A stretch of 64,000 nt of DNA from assembly GCA_044432745.1 (NCBI GenBank), contig JAWXUH010000005.1:29672-93671 (forward strand), read 5' to 3'. The translations under genes and the position numbers were made by a program. Of this stretch, positions 39,535 to 48,667 are shown piece by piece. The notes beneath the pieces are model-generated. The model was not told the DNA's origin. It saw only the letters and a list, made by a program, of their open reading frames with translations, and made no database searches. This stretch comes from a bacterium. GTDB taxonomy: Bacteria; Bacillota_I; Bacilli_A; RF39; UBA660. Every line of letters starts with the position of its first letter. Within the stretch, counting starts at the first letter, position 1.

Positions 39535-42500
39535 CTACTTCCATGCTGGAGCACCTATAGAATACTCTGTTGTAATATCTACTACATATGCTTGCCAATA
39601 ACTACCTTCATTTGCAGATACATCTACATTAATATTACCTTGTCTATTTGAAAATTTAAATACGTCTTCTCCATGTGTGTCTAACCATTTATCTATTAAG
39701 TTGCTATAGCAAAATACATTTTCGAATAATATACTATCGTGTGTAAAGTCATAACATGTCAACGTATCTTCTGAGTAACTAGAATAATTTTCATTCTCTT
39801 CCCTAATTTTAACAGCTACTGTTGGTGATAATTCTACAACTAATATTGGTTCACCGGCATATGTTTTATTACCATTAGTATATATTTGTTCTAATGTAGC
39901 CTCAGCTTTTCCGTCGATTATTCCATAACCTGTATTAGTATTCCAGTTATATCCTAAATTTCTATCATTTGGATTAAACTCTGTTTCTCCCATACCTTCA
40001 TATGAACCTGATGACGAACTATTATTTAAACTAATTGGCCTAAAGAACATGGTAAAGTTTCCATCCACAATACATGTATCACAACAAACATCTTCTGGAC
40101 AACAAACTCCATTACAACAGTCATCTACCTCTGGGTCACACACAGTTAATTCCGTCGTTGGTGGACAATCTAGACAATTTACTACATAGTAACATACATA
40201 TTCATTATCATAACCATTAACTGCAACTGTAGCACTGGATACATCATTAAGCCTTCCGCCTTCACAACTATTATAATATTCTCCAAAGTTTTCTATTTTT
40301 AAACTAAATTTATATCTTCCTTTTACTGTTGATATTTTAACAGGTAATCCATCAATTAATGAAAATTGTGTTTCTTCGTCACCTTCTGTTAACAAATCAT
40401 CTAATGAGTATACCACTTCACCTGTAGGAAACGCTACATAAAAAATATCAGGTGTATTATAAGTTATTTCCTTACTAAGTTCTGCCTTAGCATACTTAAC
40501 ACTAGTTTTTGGTATAGTTGGAGTTTTTGTTGTACAACCTAAAGTACTACAATATGCAAATGACCCATCTTGAGTAGGAGCAGTAATTGAATCACATCCT
40601 CCATCTGCATTAATCGATGAACAATATGTTAATTCTGCTGAATCTGTAAATTCTAAAGTAGAATTAGCTACCATTATGTTTGATCCATCTTCTGTTATAC
40701 CCTCTAAAGTCATATAATCATCTACACGATTAAAACTTACATCCATTCCATAATCATAATATATTACAGGATCTATTGGGAAATACATATTCCAATCTAT
40801 ACAACCTTGAATATTTGCTATTGCTGTATTATATTTAGCTTGAGCTGTTGTCATTTTTGTAAGAGCAGCACTTATAGCTTCATCTCTTTCTTTCTTTAAA
40901 TCTTCTACATCACCATTATTTGGAACACCCGTCACATTACAAGCACCTTCAACTTCATTTCCTTCAGAGTCAACTAAACACTGAGTAGAATCTGGCCATT
41001 CTGGAAGTTCAAGTTCATCATCTGCTTCTATAGCATCTAATTCTTCTTGAGTTAAAGAATTACAACACGCAGTATCACAACCATCACTTATATTTTCACG
41101 AACTTGTACGTCTTGAGTGGTTTGACTTCCTAGAGTAACATCGCCACTTCCATTTACTTGATAATTATATTTAATTCCTTGATCAATAGTTGTTTCTGTT
41201 CTTCCTAAATAAACATTAAAATATTCGCAATCTTTTGTAACATTATTACATGTTACTTGATCTGTCATTTCTTCTTCATAAACTTCTATTGCATTTACTT
41301 GTCTTTGCCATTCATTGTATCCTTCAACCATAGCTAGCGTAGCTTCTCTTACTTCTTTCCAAAATAATTCATGATCTATTTCAGATGTGTAACAACTTTT
41401 AGTTCCTGATATAAATGCATCTATTCTAAAATATCTTCCACTATCTGCATCTTTTACTCCTGACAAATCAATTCTGTCATAGTTTTCTACACATGATACT
41501 GTACAATATTTATTGTTTGATACAGTCTCCATACCATTGCTGATACTTACTGTATCATTAGCATAATTACATGTATTTACATTATAAGTATTTCCTGCAT
41601 CATCTGTTTTATCTATTACACACGCATCTATACTACCATTTACTTCTACTTTTCCTGTATAATATTCATCTCTATTTTCGGCTTTATCCAAATCCTCATC
41701 AACACAATCTGCTGGAATAGTAATTACTGTATCACAATCATCTAGACATGTTTGTATATCACCACTAACATTATAAATTCTTGTTATTTCTGTATTTAAA
41801 CTAATATTTCCTGTAAATATACTACTAGAAATACCTCCACCATTTATATCACCTGTTGGGCCATTGTCATCATCATAACCAAAATCATCAAAAAATAAAA
41901 ATCTTTGTGGTTCGAATTCTTCTCCAGCGGCATCAACTTGGATACCTAACGCATTCATTATATAACCTCTTTTTCCAGAGAAACCATATAAATCAGAATA
42001 AGAACCATTTATTTTATAACCAAATTCTACATCAAAACCTATTGCAAATTCAACATTTCGTATTGATTCATCTGTCAAACCAAAAGACACATCATATGCT
42101 GCTGGGTCACAATTATCTGGATCACCATCTACTGTTAAGTCAACAATAAATATATCATCTTCTTCTAATTGAAATTGATCAGCTACTAACTCACTACATG
42201 ACGCATATGTATTAGTTTCGCCTTCACTTTTGTCAAAAATACTACATTCTGCATTTACTCTGCTATCAGTCGTCGAACCATGTAATTCGAAATACGATAT
42301 ATAACTATGTTCTGTTTCTGTTATATTACCTGCTGTAAAAGTAAATCTTTTTATTATAGTTCCTGAAACCGAACTTTGATACGTTTCGTCTTTAGAAAAA
42401 TACGCAATTTGTTCTTCTGTTGCCAACGTAGATACTAATGCAGCTTCGTACATAGCAAGAGCATGATCATATGCTCCTCCTGAACCTTTGACAATATAAT

Positions 42501-43179
42501 TTGTTCCAATATAATCTTCATACGAAGTTTTAACCAATTCTTCTGTATTACTATATTCGCTATTAAAATGTGCTTGCGCTTGGTTACTCAAACTACTTAA
42601 CGTATTTGTATTCCAGTACACAGCTAAATTTGTATATGCACTAACTAATTTTTTTTCTGAACTGTAATCTATCATTATAGAAGAATCTTCTTCTAAAGGT
42701 TCGTAATAACCGAAATTAAATACCCAAGCTCTTAGTGCAAGTAGACGAGCTGTATATAACTCATCAGCACTTAAACCAGCATTAGTATATGAATAATCAA
42801 GCATTGCATTTATACCAGTATCAAACATCATTACTCTTGGACTACTAAGTGCACTTCCTCTTTCAGTTAGAACACCCATTATTTTGTGTGTTGTTCCATC
42901 TCCATATCCCCATTTATGTGGATCTATACAATAAGCTTCAAATTCTCCATTATCTCTATTCATTACTACATTATATTCATACGTATCATAATCTCTATTT
43001 CTTGAACTATCTGACACTGAAGTTGTAAAACTATGAATTGATATTGATGATGAAGTTATTTTATTATCACCAACTTTATCTACTTTTCCATATTCTCCTT
43101 CGTTATATAAAGCAGCTTCTACATTAATTACTGAAATCAATAATAATACATTAATTATATTAAATACACATTTTTTCAT
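39535..43179 (-). CDS. Large secreted Cys-rich protein B, candidate thioester-domain adhesin
   Basis: Signal peptide, AYCID (C84), PQRFL (Q425), many Cys, ends IGAPAWK. Paralogue of 44743-48069. Confidence 0.6.
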   Translation of the reverse strand: MKKCVFNIINVLLLISVINVEAALYNEGEYGKVDKVGDNKITSSSISIHSFTTSVSDSSRNRDYDTYEYNVVMNRDNGEFEAYCIDPHKWGYGDGTTHKIMGVLTERGSALSSPRVMMFDTGINAMLDYSYTNAGLSADELYTARLLALRAWVFNFGYYEPLEEDSSIMIDYSSEKKLVSAYTNLAVYWNTNTLSSLSNQAQAHFNSEYSNTEELVKTSYEDYIGTNYIVKGSGGAYDHALAMYEAALVSTLATEEQIAYFSKDETYQSSVSGTIIKRFTFTAGNITETEHSYISYFELHGSTTDSRVNAECSIFDKSEGETNTYASCSELVADQFQLEEDDIFIVDLTVDGDPDNCDPAAYDVSFGLTDESIRNVEFAIGFDVEFGYKINGSYSDLYGFSGKRGYIMNALGIQVDAAGEEFEPQRFLFFDDFGYDDDNGPTGDINGGGISSSIFTGNISLNTEITRIYNVSGDIQTCLDDCDTVITIPADCVDEDLDKAENRDEYYTGKVEVNGSIDACVIDKTDDAGNTYNVNTCNYANDTVSISNGMETVSNNKYCTVSCVENYDRIDLSGVKDADSGRYFRIDAFISGTKSCYTSEIDHELFWKEVREATLAMVEGYNEWQRQVNAIEVYEEEMTDQVTCNNVTKDCEYFNVYLGRTETTIDQGIKYNYQVNGSGDVTLGSQTTQDVQVRENISDGCDTACCNSLTQEELDAIEADDELELPEWPDSTQCLVDSEGNEVEGACNVTGVPNNGDVEDLKKERDEAISAALTKMTTAQAKYNTAIANIQGCIDWNMYFPIDPVIYYDYGMDVSFNRVDDYMTLEGITEDGSNIMVANSTLEFTDSAELTYCSSINADGGCDSITAPTQDGSFAYCSTLGCTTKTPTIPKTSVKYAKAELSKEITYNTPDIFYVAFPTGEVVYSLDDLLTEGDEETQFSLIDGLPVKISTVKGRYKFSLKIENFGEYYNSCEGGRLNDVSSATVAVNGYDNEYVCYYVVNCLDCPPTTELTVCDPEVDDCCNGVCCPEDVCCDTCIVDGNFTMFFRPISLNNSSSSGSYEGMGETEFNPNDRNLGYNWNTNTGYGIIDGKAEATLEQIYTNGNKTYAGEPILVVELSPTVAVKIREENENYSSYSEDTLTCYDFTHDSILFENVFCYSNLIDKWLDTHGEDVFKFSNRQGNINVDVSANEGSYWQAYVVDITTEYSIGAPAWK

Positions 43180-43910
43180 TTTAGATTTTCACTCCTTTTT
43201 TTTGTTATTACTAATTTTGCTACTACACAAATTATCACTAGCAATATAAATCCAATTATATAATACATATTATCTTTTAAAAATGTTAAAAATAAATTAT
43301 TATTTTCACTAGATTCTTCCTCTTCTTCTAACGCTTTTAATTCTTCTATTTTTTTATATACATCATATTCAGTTAAATTATCAATTGTAGTGTATTTTTG
43401 ACACAACACTTGATCTTCATAACCATTACATATATCACTATTTGTCAACTCGTTATATTTTGGAACTGTTAGATATTTTATTGCAAAAGTTTCTCCTACA
43501 CAATCAGTATCAATAAACGCCATTACTTCGAACGTATATGTTGAAATATAATATTGTTCTTCTTGTATATGAGTGTATATTCCATCTTCTAAATCATAAT
43601 GATATATATAAAATTCTTCTTTTGTAAAACTGTTTGTAGCTTTTATATATAAATTTTCTGTTAAGTTATATACATTAATTTCCATTACAGATTTAAATAT
43701 ATCACCTCTGTCTTCATCATCTTCATCAGCACTATCCGATGTCGGATATTGTGATGGATCTAATTTAACAAAACCTTCCACATAATTAACTTCTACCATA
43801 GTAGCAGCATTTAATAACATTGCTTTATCTTCAGCTGTACATGTATTAGCTTTAACTATTACAGGTGCTAATAATAGCATTAAAATTAACACATTAATAT
43901 TTCTTTTCAT
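43176..43910 (-). CDS. Secreted protein with C-terminal membrane anchor
   Basis: Signal peptide (VKA), four extracellular Cys, C-terminal TM plus KKR. ATGA overlap with protein B. Confidence 0.7.
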   Translation of the reverse strand: MKRNINVLILMLLLAPVIVKANTCTAEDKAMLLNAATMVEVNYVEGFVKLDPSQYPTSDSADEDDEDRGDIFKSVMEINVYNLTENLYIKATNSFTKEEFYIYHYDLEDGIYTHIQEEQYYISTYTFEVMAFIDTDCVGETFAIKYLTVPKYNELTNSDICNGYEDQVLCQKYTTIDNLTEYDVYKKIEELKALEEEEESSENNNLFLTFLKDNMYYIIGFILLVIICVVAKLVITKKRSENLK

Positions 43911-44324
43911 ATTTATATTACCTTTCTTTTAGTATCCTTACTTTTAAAGTATATCATAGTTATTTTGATATATCAATAAAATTTATATTTTTTTTCCTCA
44001 TTTTTTAGAAAAGAAATCAAAAAAAACATTAACTGTTTATTAATGTTTTTGATAATTGATAAATCGTGAATTTACTTATCTAGAAGAAAAATATATTTAT
44101 AATTAGTTCTAATTAAAAATAAATTTTAATTGGTGTTTGTACTACTATATAAATGTAATATATTACATACTCAATTCATTATTCATAAACGTATAAATCC
44201 AAATAAAATATATAAGATCATATACATCTATATTATGATAGTCTTTCTAAAAAAAAAGACAAATAAATTTTAATTAAATCTATTTATCTTTAATATGAAA
44301 TATTAACTATTTGTCAATATTTTC

Positions 44325-44729
44325 TTATTGTTTACCTTCAATAATTGCATCAATAGTACTTACCATATCAAAAGTAGTTGAATCTCCAGATACATTAAAT
44401 GTTTCTGTGCTACTTGATACCTTAACACTTACTTTTGGTGGAGTTTCATAAATTGCATAAAAATCTATTTGATATGTTGTTGAACCACTAAATGATTCTG
44501 ACATTCTTCTTATAAAAGCTTCCATAAATTTTTCTTTATTTATTTTAATTTCCCCAAATTGTCTGTAGTAACCATAATCTACTGCATCTACCATTGAAGA
44601 TTCAGCAACTTCTTGTAGTAATGAATAATTTTGAGTATTTGCCGTTGTCACATTTTGTAATAATAACATTATAACAAGTACAAATATACCTAATAAAATT
44701 AACCAAAATCCCCAATATCCACTTTTCAT
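44325..44729 (-). CDS. Pseudopilin-like protein, copy A (DUF5411-like)
   Basis: About three-quarters identical to 39098-39526 by manual ungapped alignment. Confidence 0.6.
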   Translation of the reverse strand: MKSGYWGFWLILLGIFVLVIMLLLQNVTTANTQNYSLLQEVAESSMVDAVDYGYYRQFGEIKINKEKFMEAFIRRMSESFSGSTTYQIDFYAIYETPPKVSVKVSSSTETFNVSGDSTTFDMVSTIDAIIEGKQ

Positions 44730-44742
44730 ATTTTATATTCTC

Positions 44743-47700
44743 CTATTTCCAAGCTGGTCCACCGAAATAGTAATCAGTATTTACACTAACTGTAAATGCT
44801 GTCCAATACGTATTTCCAGTTGTTCCAACATCGGCATTTATATTACCCGTTCTATTACTAAATTCAAAATTATTTGAATATTTTTCAGACCATACATCTA
44901 ATAAATCACTGTAACAGAAAATATTTTCTAATTTATTATCTCCGTCACCGTAATCATAACAAGTTAATGTATCATCTGCATAACTTGATCTATTACCGTT
45001 ATCTTCTTTAATTTCTCCTGCTATTGCTGGCGTCAATGTAACAGATAAAACAGGATCTTCGCTATATATTCCATTTCCTAATGAATAAATTTCTTCTAAT
45101 GTTGCTTTAGCTTTGTCAGTTACAATTCCATAATCTGTGTCTGTATCCCAGTTATAACCTAAATCTCTATCATTTGGATTAAATGATTCATATTTACCAG
45201 TAGAGTATTCTGTATCTGAACTAACATTTGTACTAATTGTTCTAAAATACATTTGAAATGTTCCATCTACTAAACATGTTTTACAATCATTTTCTTCTAC
45301 TTCAATATCTGTTTCAATTTCACAATCTGGACAATTTGGTGTGTAATAACAAATATATTCATTTTCAAATCCAGATAAATTATTTTCCTCATCTACTGTA
45401 TCCTTAGCTATTTCAGATATTCTTCCTGCTTCACAAGTATCATAATACTCACCTAAATTTTCTATTTTAAATGTAAATGAATATACTCCTTTTTCAGTAG
45501 ACAATGCTACTGGTAAACCAGGTATTAAAGAAACTTGAATGTCATCTTCTTTTTCTGTTACAGATGGATCATTTGAGTAAATAACTTCTCCTGATGGGAA
45601 TGCTACATAAAATACATCTGGTGTTTTATATTCTACTTCTTTATCAATTGAACCTTTTACACTAGAAATATTTTCAGTTGGTAAATTTTCTATTGTTATT
45701 ATTTCACATCTATCTGCTGCACAATATACAAAATCTTTATTTGAAAATTTATCATTTTCACTAATTTCTACACATTCTCCATCTTCGTTAAATTCTGAAC
45801 AATATTCGAAATCTACTGTATAATCATTATAGTCATAATCACTGTTTGGAACCATAAAATTATTTCCGTCTGTTTTAAGACCAGCCATATTCATATAATC
45901 ATCAACATAATCTCCATCTAGATTCATTCCATAATCATATTCAATAGTTGCATCTAATGCAAATAACATATTCCATCCTGTCATTGTTGTAGAGTTTGTT
46001 GGATTACTTACACTTACTCCTGCAGTACATCCTACTAAATTAGCTAATATTTCGTTAAAACTATCTTGAGCTTTATTTACTTTAACAGCAGATGCTTCAA
46101 TAGTTTCTAATCTTAATCCTTCTAATTCTTCTACTGTATTTCCACTACATGATGTAGTTGAACCACTATTTACAGTTTCTTGTGATGTTGTTAATGTAGA
46201 TTCTCCTTTTGAGTTAACACTAACTTCTTGGTGTGTATATGTATTTTCAAGTCCTAAATAAGCGTTACCAGTTGTACAAGTAGAATTTTCTACTGTTGTA
46301 ACTTCAGCTTTAACACTTGATTGATATTCATTATATGCATCAACCATTGCTTTTTGAGCTGCTGTTATATCTTGTACAAACTTATCATAATCAATTGTTG
46401 ATGTATAACAACTCTTATTTCCACTAACTGTAGCAGAAACTTGAAAATATCTTCCACTATCTACATTTTGTATTCCTGGGAACACTATTTTATCGTAATT
46501 TTCTACGCATGATACTGTACAATATGGATTACTATCCACTAGTTCCATACCATTTGATACTTCTTCTCCATCTATATCGTAATTACAAGAAGATGCTGTA
46601 TATGAATTTCCATTATCATCTACGTTATCAATAATACATTGTCCAACGTTTTTATCTGTTGATACTGAACCTACATAATAATCCATTAAACCATCTTCAA
46701 AGTCTAAACAATCAGTTGGTATTGATACAAACGTATCACAAGATTTAGCACAAGCTGTAATATCTCCTGTCATTACATATGTTTTTGTATTATCATCTGG
46801 ATCTTCATCGTTGTAATTGTCATCATATTTTCCTTTATCAGAAAATATAAATCTTTGTGGTACATATATATTACCATTACTATCTGTGTATGTTGTACTT
46901 GTATATAATATATATACATTTCTGTCTATATCGTATGCATTTTCACCTTCTTCAGATGTTAATGAATCATCACTAATTTTAAACGTTAATTTGTAAGATT
47001 CCATATCACAAAAATCATCTTCTAATAATTCTGATATTACTTCTACAGTTAATACATCTCCGTTATCAATACTGATTCCTTCAATATCACTACAGCTTGC
47101 AAATTCATTTGTTGTTCCATCAGCATATTTTATAGAACATTTAGTAGTTATATTACTACCAGTAAATTCTGCGTTAAATTCTTCTATTTTACCATTACCT
47201 TCAAAATCTTTTGCAGTTAATGTAATATATTTTGTAACTGTGTTACCTTCTCTTTTTTCTTCAGATTCATAAATTTCTAAATCTGCAGTACCTTGAGAAT
47301 CTTCTTCTACTTCTACAAGTGTTGCTTCTAAACCTGCTTTATACATGTTTTGAGCTAATGTATATACTTGAGCAGCAGTTCCTACTGAAGATCCTACATT
47401 AATTATGTAATAATTTCCGTTTATTGGTAAATAACTTGTTTTAATAATTGAATTTGTTGAATTTGTTGAATTTTGATAATTAGCATTTACTTGAGCTGAA
47501 AGTTCTGAATATACTTCTGTATTCCAGTAAACAGCTAAATTTGTATATGTACCAATTAAATATTGTTCACTACTTATTATTGAACTATCGATACTATAAT
47601 ATCCAAAGTTAAAGTTCATTGTTCTAAGTGCCATTAATTGAGCATGATAGAATTCATTTGCACTTAAACTTCCTTTATTAGCATCAGCGTAATCAAACAT

Positions 47701-48069
47701 AGCTTTAATAGCTTTATCGTATAATAATACGTCTTTACTATTTACTGCTATTTCTCTTTCTTCATATACACCTACTATAGTATGTGTAGCATTATGATAT
47801 CCATATTTATGTGGATCTAAACAAAATGCTGAATACGTACTACCATTAATTGTAGTTGTATACTTGTAAGCTGAATATTTTCTATTATACGTTTGCGTAT
47901 AAACATCTGAAGTTTTAAAAGTATAAACATCTAATCCACTTACACTAAATGAACTACTTGCTCTTGATATACTCGCTGTATCTCCTAGATTATAAATTGA
48001 TGCGTTAACATCTAATACTGTGAAAACTATCACAAATATCATAAAAAGATTTCTTATTATATTTTTCAT
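44743..48069 (-). CDS. Large secreted Cys-rich protein A, candidate thioester-domain adhesin
   Basis: Signal peptide, AFCLD (C83), PQRFI (Q405), ends FGGPAWK. Confidence 0.6.
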   Translation of the reverse strand: MKNIIRNLFMIFVIVFTVLDVNASIYNLGDTASISRASSSFSVSGLDVYTFKTSDVYTQTYNRKYSAYKYTTTINGSTYSAFCLDPHKYGYHNATHTIVGVYEEREIAVNSKDVLLYDKAIKAMFDYADANKGSLSANEFYHAQLMALRTMNFNFGYYSIDSSIISSEQYLIGTYTNLAVYWNTEVYSELSAQVNANYQNSTNSTNSIIKTSYLPINGNYYIINVGSSVGTAAQVYTLAQNMYKAGLEATLVEVEEDSQGTADLEIYESEEKREGNTVTKYITLTAKDFEGNGKIEEFNAEFTGSNITTKCSIKYADGTTNEFASCSDIEGISIDNGDVLTVEVISELLEDDFCDMESYKLTFKISDDSLTSEEGENAYDIDRNVYILYTSTTYTDSNGNIYVPQRFIFSDKGKYDDNYNDEDPDDNTKTYVMTGDITACAKSCDTFVSIPTDCLDFEDGLMDYYVGSVSTDKNVGQCIIDNVDDNGNSYTASSCNYDIDGEEVSNGMELVDSNPYCTVSCVENYDKIVFPGIQNVDSGRYFQVSATVSGNKSCYTSTIDYDKFVQDITAAQKAMVDAYNEYQSSVKAEVTTVENSTCTTGNAYLGLENTYTHQEVSVNSKGESTLTTSQETVNSGSTTSCSGNTVEELEGLRLETIEASAVKVNKAQDSFNEILANLVGCTAGVSVSNPTNSTTMTGWNMLFALDATIEYDYGMNLDGDYVDDYMNMAGLKTDGNNFMVPNSDYDYNDYTVDFEYCSEFNEDGECVEISENDKFSNKDFVYCAADRCEIITIENLPTENISSVKGSIDKEVEYKTPDVFYVAFPSGEVIYSNDPSVTEKEDDIQVSLIPGLPVALSTEKGVYSFTFKIENLGEYYDTCEAGRISEIAKDTVDEENNLSGFENEYICYYTPNCPDCEIETDIEVEENDCKTCLVDGTFQMYFRTISTNVSSDTEYSTGKYESFNPNDRDLGYNWDTDTDYGIVTDKAKATLEEIYSLGNGIYSEDPVLSVTLTPAIAGEIKEDNGNRSSYADDTLTCYDYGDGDNKLENIFCYSDLLDVWSEKYSNNFEFSNRTGNINADVGTTGNTYWTAFTVSVNTDYYFGGPAWK

Positions 48070-48287
48070 TTAAACCACTCCTTTACGAAAAAAAATTACT
48101 AATTATTATAGCTTCAACACAACTATAACTAAATCCCCTTTTAATTAATTCTTTTCTTGCATTTTTATACAAAATATCTCCAAACAAAAATTAATTGTGA
48201 TTATATTATCACACTTTATTATCGAATGCAAGCTTTTTTTGCGTTTTTTTTCAAAAAAAAAGAAAAAAGTTGAATTTCTTTCTTTTT

Positions 48288-48425
48288 TTAAAAATATGCC
48301 ACTCCACCTATAATTATTGCAAGTAAGATAAACAATATTAATATAGTCAAATATCCATTACTATTTCTATTTATAACTAGCGGTTCTGACTGACATACAG
48401 TTTCGTTTTGAACACATTTTTTCAT
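48288..48425 (-). CDS. Small YjcZ-like membrane peptide (45 aa), missing from ORF track
   Basis: MKKCVQNETVCQSEPLVINRNSNGYLTILILFILLAIIIGGVAYF. AAGGAG SD. Confidence 0.7.
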   Translation of the reverse strand: MKKCVQNETVCQSEPLVINRNSNGYLTILILFILLAIIIGGVAYF

Positions 48426-48449
48426 TTTAATTTAAACTCCTTTTATTTA

Positions 48450-48542
48450 TTAGATGAATGCTCCACAGATGATTATTAATAATATGAAAAGAACTAATAT
48501 TGCAGCAGCTCCATTTCCACATCCAGTATTACAACATGACAT
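48450..48542 (-). CDS. YjcZ-family sporulation peptide (30 aa), missing from ORF track
   Basis: MSCCNTGCGNGAAAILVLFILLIIICGAFI with the VLFILLII.G signature. AAGGAGG SD. Confidence 0.8.
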   Translation of the reverse strand: MSCCNTGCGNGAAAILVLFILLIIICGAFI

Positions 48543-48667
48543 TTTACATCCCTCCTTTTTCTCTATTCAATATATCTTACGCTTTTTTTTCATAATGGTG
48601 AGAGAAATATGCCCAAATTGTTGTATTTGAACATTTTAACTGTTATAATAATTTTTAGGAGGAAATA

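Noticed and set aside
43911-44324. 414-bp gap as CRISPR array, ncRNA or IS remnant
   Set aside because: Extremely AT-rich, no repeated units or credible ORF. Only terminator-like hairpins (about 44018-44052) and a promoter-like sequence.
39098-48069. Duplicated cassettes as a diversity-generating retroelement or invertible shufflon
   Set aside because: No reverse transcriptase or recombinase in the window, both copies have the same orientation, and differences are not adenine-specific.
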